Shown: piece after piece, positions 59,560 through 64,000 of the stretch
Layout: each line of letters opens with the position of its first letter
Numbering within the stretch: the first letter of the stretch is position 1
Assembly: GCF_003704095.1 (NCBI RefSeq)
Contig: NW_020845457.1
Coordinates: forward strand, 62,001 to 126,000
Length of the DNA: 64,000 nt
Origin: Pocillopora damicornis
Taxonomy: Eukaryota
Reading direction: 5' to 3'
Notes under the pieces: model-generated
Databases searched by the model: none
Seen by the model: the letters and a program-made list of their open reading frames with translations, nothing else
Told to the model about the DNA's origin: nothing
Position numbers and translations under genes: made by a program

Positions 59560-60366
59560 TGTCTATAACTTTGAAAGTTTAACAGTGCGCAACTGACTTA
59601 GACGCAAAATGCACTCAAAGCACTTTCAGTTTTATAATTAGCTCAATTACTTAGAAAGGATGTGTTTCCACGGCCTTACACGTGACTGCGGAAAGTCACG
59701 ACATGTAAGTCTGAGTGAGTGGTACACCTTCAGATACAGAAGTCTTTTATTCGAGTTATACTATCTTTGGTTGCAAATTAATTTTCAACCAAAGAAAATT
59801 GGACTTAATCCATGTTTGCATCACTGCTCGTTAGTTTTGGGAAATTTTGATTGCGAGTCTCGATCACCCAAGGATTTCCTTTCCAAGAGAAGGACACATC
59901 GTACAAGGTTAAACAAAGTAACTTATGAGATCTTGGCCGTTTTCTCCTGGAAACTAAATAGTTGAAACAAAAAGCGCGGGGAAAAAGGAAGTGAATAACA
60001 TGATGTCTGATTGCCTATCGTTTCATTTCCCTTAATTTCAAAATACGGAAAGCCTTATATTTCGTTTCAAGTCAAAGTGCTTCGGTTTTCCTCGTTTAAA
60101 TTAGGGATAATAACCCAACTCAACTGTACTTTTAGACTGTCGCCCAGCATTACACGGATATAATTTCCATCGCCATATTTGTTTTCATCTGCACAGTTCG
60201 TGACATTTTCACGGTGAGTTAATTTCACGAAGCACATGTTTCTTGCTCGATACTTTTTTCTCTTACTTCTCCATGGGAGCGGATTTGAGGTAAATGTTTA
60301 TTTATTTTAAAGGTTACAGCTGTGCTGGGGACGATCTGTTTATTCTAACCGTCCGTGTCAATAATA

Positions 60367-63300
60367 ATGGGAACATCTAGTGAAGAAGATGGTGAATTGC
60401 CACTCAGTCTGTCGACCAAAAAGCGTTGTCACACGAAAAGATCGCTTCTATCTTCTGACTCAGAAGAAGGCGAAAGGAAGGAAAGATCACCAAGTAAACG
60501 GATAAACAGTGCACACAAGGAAACATGTGAAGAAGGAATGCGTAGTAGCGAATTGAACGCGACCCCTTCCAGCTCGCAGACGCCGCGTAGCTCAGAGCGG
60601 CTGCGAAAGAAATCATCATTGACGTTCTCTTTACCAAGCAGAAAAGAAGTACTGAAATCAATGTCACCGAAAGGAAAGAGACTCAGGAGTCAGGAGAAAA
60701 TAAAGGTGTTGAAGCCTAGAAAACTGGTGAACAATTTCCTCAGAGAGTAAGTTTGATCGAACCTGATAGTGTTATTTGTAATTTCACAAGATGATGTGAC
60801 GTAGCTTCAATTTTGTTTGCGAGGGGGTGGGGTGGGTGGGTGATGGGGGGATATGTTGCTTATATATTATTGTATATAATGATTAGAAGTCTCAGAACTT
60901 CTAGCTTTTATGTATTTGCCATGAAATGTCCCTCTTTCCCTAGGCATAACATTTTTTAGATCCCTTAAAATTTTGTGTGTTAATAACCACACATACGTAA
61001 AACACCTTTAAGCTCCTAATATCTGAAATTGCTAATTCTTCCCTCCAGCTGTTACACATTTCCCTTGTAAATAAGTTAAATTTGGTTTTAGATCAAGAAA
61101 ATAAGTTCTTCTTGATAAGTTTAGATATTCTCATCACCTGTTTTCTGGATAATATACGGATATTATTGGAGAGGTTGCATGTTAATCACTTTTTGGAGTG
61201 AAGGGTTAACAGCCCTCAATATGAAATAACAATAGAATATTCTTTTGTAGGCGTTCTTCTTATGTGAGTCGTGGAGAAGGTGGATATGACTCAGATGACA
61301 GTGGAATGTCCGATTTCATAAATGATGATGATGATGATGGGGAGGATGAGGAGGAATCTACTGCGGAAAGTGACCAAAGCAGTGATAGTGGCAAGAAGGA
61401 TTCTGGAATCTGTAGAGTCAAAGAAAGCAAAATAGAGAGGAAAAAGAAAAGAATACTTGATAGCTCCGAGGAAGAAAAGGAAACCAAAACAGAGGAGAAA
61501 AGGAAAATACTGCTTGATAGCTCAGAGGAAGAAAAAGACCATAATGATGAGGCTGTTAATAATCCAAATTTTGTTGAGTCAAACAGAGGCATTGTGAATA
61601 AACACAAAACAAAAAACAAAAGAAGAAAGCTTAATAAGTTTAGTGACTCTGATGAAGACAATTCTTCAGGAAATAAGAGAAATGAATCTAAAGAAAGCAA
61701 TGATAGTAGTGAAGATTCTGAAACTGATAACATCTGTTCAAGTGAATCTCCACATAAGGCTGAAATCTTGAGGCCCCGTTCACAAAGAGTGAAAAGGCTC
61801 ATACAGAAACAGGAAGTTAAAAATCATAAAATGTTTGGTGGTTTATTAAAGAAAAGGCAAAAAGCTAAACTGGATCCAAAAGAAAGACTTGCGAAGAGAC
61901 TTTTGACTGAGGATGATGATGATGGTGATTTGCTTAGCAATGATGATTTGTCCAGTAGTGACAGTTGTACTCCCACATCTAGTGCTCATAATGATCAAGA
62001 TCCCCTTAAGGTGGCTGCAGCATGTTTTGCACAGCTCAGTAATGAGATAGATGAGGATGAGGATGGTGATGACAGAGATTTCATTGTCAAGGATGTTGAG
62101 ACATCTGATGAGGGCATGAACTCTGATGGTGCATCACAATTTCTCAAGCTCTTGGATACATTTGCAGGCAAGCAACATGATAAGGATGACAATGGAACAC
62201 AAAATCAGGATACAACAGGGATCTGTGTAGGTGGAAATCCCTTTTCAAGTAGACGAAAAAGAAGGAAAAAGAAAACAGTAAAGAAAGAGCCAACTTGGAA
62301 ACGGATTAAGATAGAGGATGACAGTGACAATAGTGCAAATGATGATACAACAGATACCATGTCTAGCAGATATCAACCCCTTCACATTGCCATTCTTGAA
62401 CATGATGTTCCCTTGGTCAATAAGCTGATCAAGGAAGATTCGGATTGTATTTATGAGATTGCTTTCAGAAAGAGGACTGCTCTACATTTGGCTGCTTTAG
62501 AAGGCCAAGTAGAACTTGTGAAACTGTTACTGAAGCATGGGGCTGACCAAACGGCTCTGGATTACTATCACTTGCCTGCATTGGCATATGCTTTGGATGG
62601 GCATCCAGAATGTGTTCGGCTGTTGCTTGGGCATGCTAATATTAAGAACATTAGTAAAAGTATCAGGACAAACAAACAAGAAATGAACCTGTTGCATTTT
62701 GCTGTGGGAGAAGGCAGAGATGGATGTAATTGTTATGACAGAGCAAAATGTCTGGAGCTTTTGTTTTATGAAGACAAGAAAACATGCACAAGGCTGTTAT
62801 CACTGAGTGATGTCAGGAAGTTTGTTCCATTGGTCGCAGCTGTCCATGCTGGACAACATGAGGTGAATAGTATTTCTATTTAAGATTTATTTAACTTTTT
62901 ATCTCTATGTTTGTTCACTAATTTTCTCTGTAATTGTGTTCTTTCTGCACAGCAGTCAACTTAATATTCATTTTATCAAAAGTAATTTCTTTAAAATTTG
63001 GGAAAATGGTTTTGGCCAGTGTACATGTATCTTGCATTTTATACAGTTGTCTGAAAGAAAACTACATGCTATAGGTAGTAATTTTATTGTTTAGCTGCTA
63101 GGAGATCTCTGACGTTTAAAAGAAGGTACTAAATGAGTTTAAAAAAGACAACAACAGCAACTGCCAATGAAAATAACTTTGAAACAAACAGCATATAGGC
63201 AAAAAATTATAAAACTATTTGTGATGTGTATGTATTGTACAGAAACAATTATAGATCAGTTTGAAAATTAGTTTCCTCTTAATGAACAGAGGTACTAATA

Positions 63301-63985
63301 AATTGTGTTAATTGCTATCTTATGTTCTCTGTGTGCATGATAGTGTATGGTTTTTTTCATTTTCACAGTGTGTCCAGGTCTTGTTGAGGATGGGCGCAGA
63401 TATGATTTCCTTCAAGACTGATGATGGAGGCAACATACTGCACTTTGCTGTGGAATGCGCATCACATTTCAAAAGCAAATGGGAACCCACTAAAGACACT
63501 TCCTTTTGTCTAAGGGAGCTTTTGAAGGGATCAAGATTGCTTATTGACCAGCCAGATGATAATGGTACAAGTGTATAGTACAAATATTAGCTATTAAAGA
63601 CAATTTTACTCTATGCAAGCACTTTCATTTGTTTTACTGGCTTGATAAGGTATTTCAGGCATTGGGCTAACACAAGAAAAATTTTAATCACAAGCAAAAG
63701 ATTAGTGATCTATGAATTTTGAGTGTTCTCTATGTCTCTCAACTGGGTTATAACACTGGTTCTTGTAAATCAAAGAACATGTGGTGTATTCCTCTATATG
63801 TTTCTTATTATAATAGAATATGCTTTGTTTTGGATCAATCAGAGTCTAGCTAGTGTCTACAATAATTTGTTTTGCTTCTATTATGTTTATTTTTAGGTTT
63901 TACTCCATTGATGTATGCCTGTGAAAGTGGTAATGCGGAGTGTGTCAGGATACTGCTAGACCATGGTGCATTGTGTAGTTTTGTG
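60367..63985 (+). CDS. Ankyrin-repeat protein with a long acidic/basic disordered N-terminus; 3' partial (continues beyond the window)
   Basis: Exons 60367-60746, 61251-62862, 63369-63564, 63897-63985 with consistent phases; ankyrin motifs PLHIAI, TALHLAA..LVKLLLKHGAD, NILHFAV, GFTPLMYACESGNAECVRILLDHGA. Confidence 0.85.
61003..61209. mobile_element. MITE-like element with a TTAA end in intron 1 of the ankyrin gene
   Basis: ACCTTTAAGCTCC ... GGAGTGAAGGGTTAA imperfect inverted ends. Confidence 0.45.
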
Positions 63986-64000
63986 GTGAGAAAATAGAAC

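Noticed and set aside
61260-61802. Antisense 180-aa Ser/Leu/Phe-rich ORF and similar shadow ORFs (7182-7634, 34489-36180)
   Set aside because: These are reverse-complement shadows of real coding exons with no independent motifs.

Overview
AT-rich, intron-containing animal DNA. Gene content and repeat types point to an anthozoan, probably a stony coral (inference). Ten protein-coding loci can be reconstructed by hand from splice sites and reading-frame phase. In order: two tandem intronless aminergic-type class A GPCRs; an NXPE/PC-esterase (GDS...DxxH) type II membrane protein; a histamine N-methyltransferase-like gene; a 7-exon gene fusing a TSG101-type UEV domain to a coiled coil and an intact TKL-type kinase; two tandem minus-strand genes for secreted expansin-like proteins (DPBB + CBM63-like) fused to chitin-binding type-2 (peritrophin-A) domains; a PAN-EGF-fibrinogen-like secreted protein; a melatonin-receptor-like GPCR; and a secreted alpha-carbonic anhydrase lacking two of three Zn-binding histidines. 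An eleventh gene (ankyrin repeats) runs off the window end. There are also several MITE/SINE/Penelope-like remnants, degenerate minimal hammerhead motifs and three assembly gaps. The most interesting candidates are the intron-rich expansin-chitin-binding gene pair and the UEV-kinase fusion, neither of which is visible as a whole in the ORF track. All family assignments are by eye from motifs; no searches were run.
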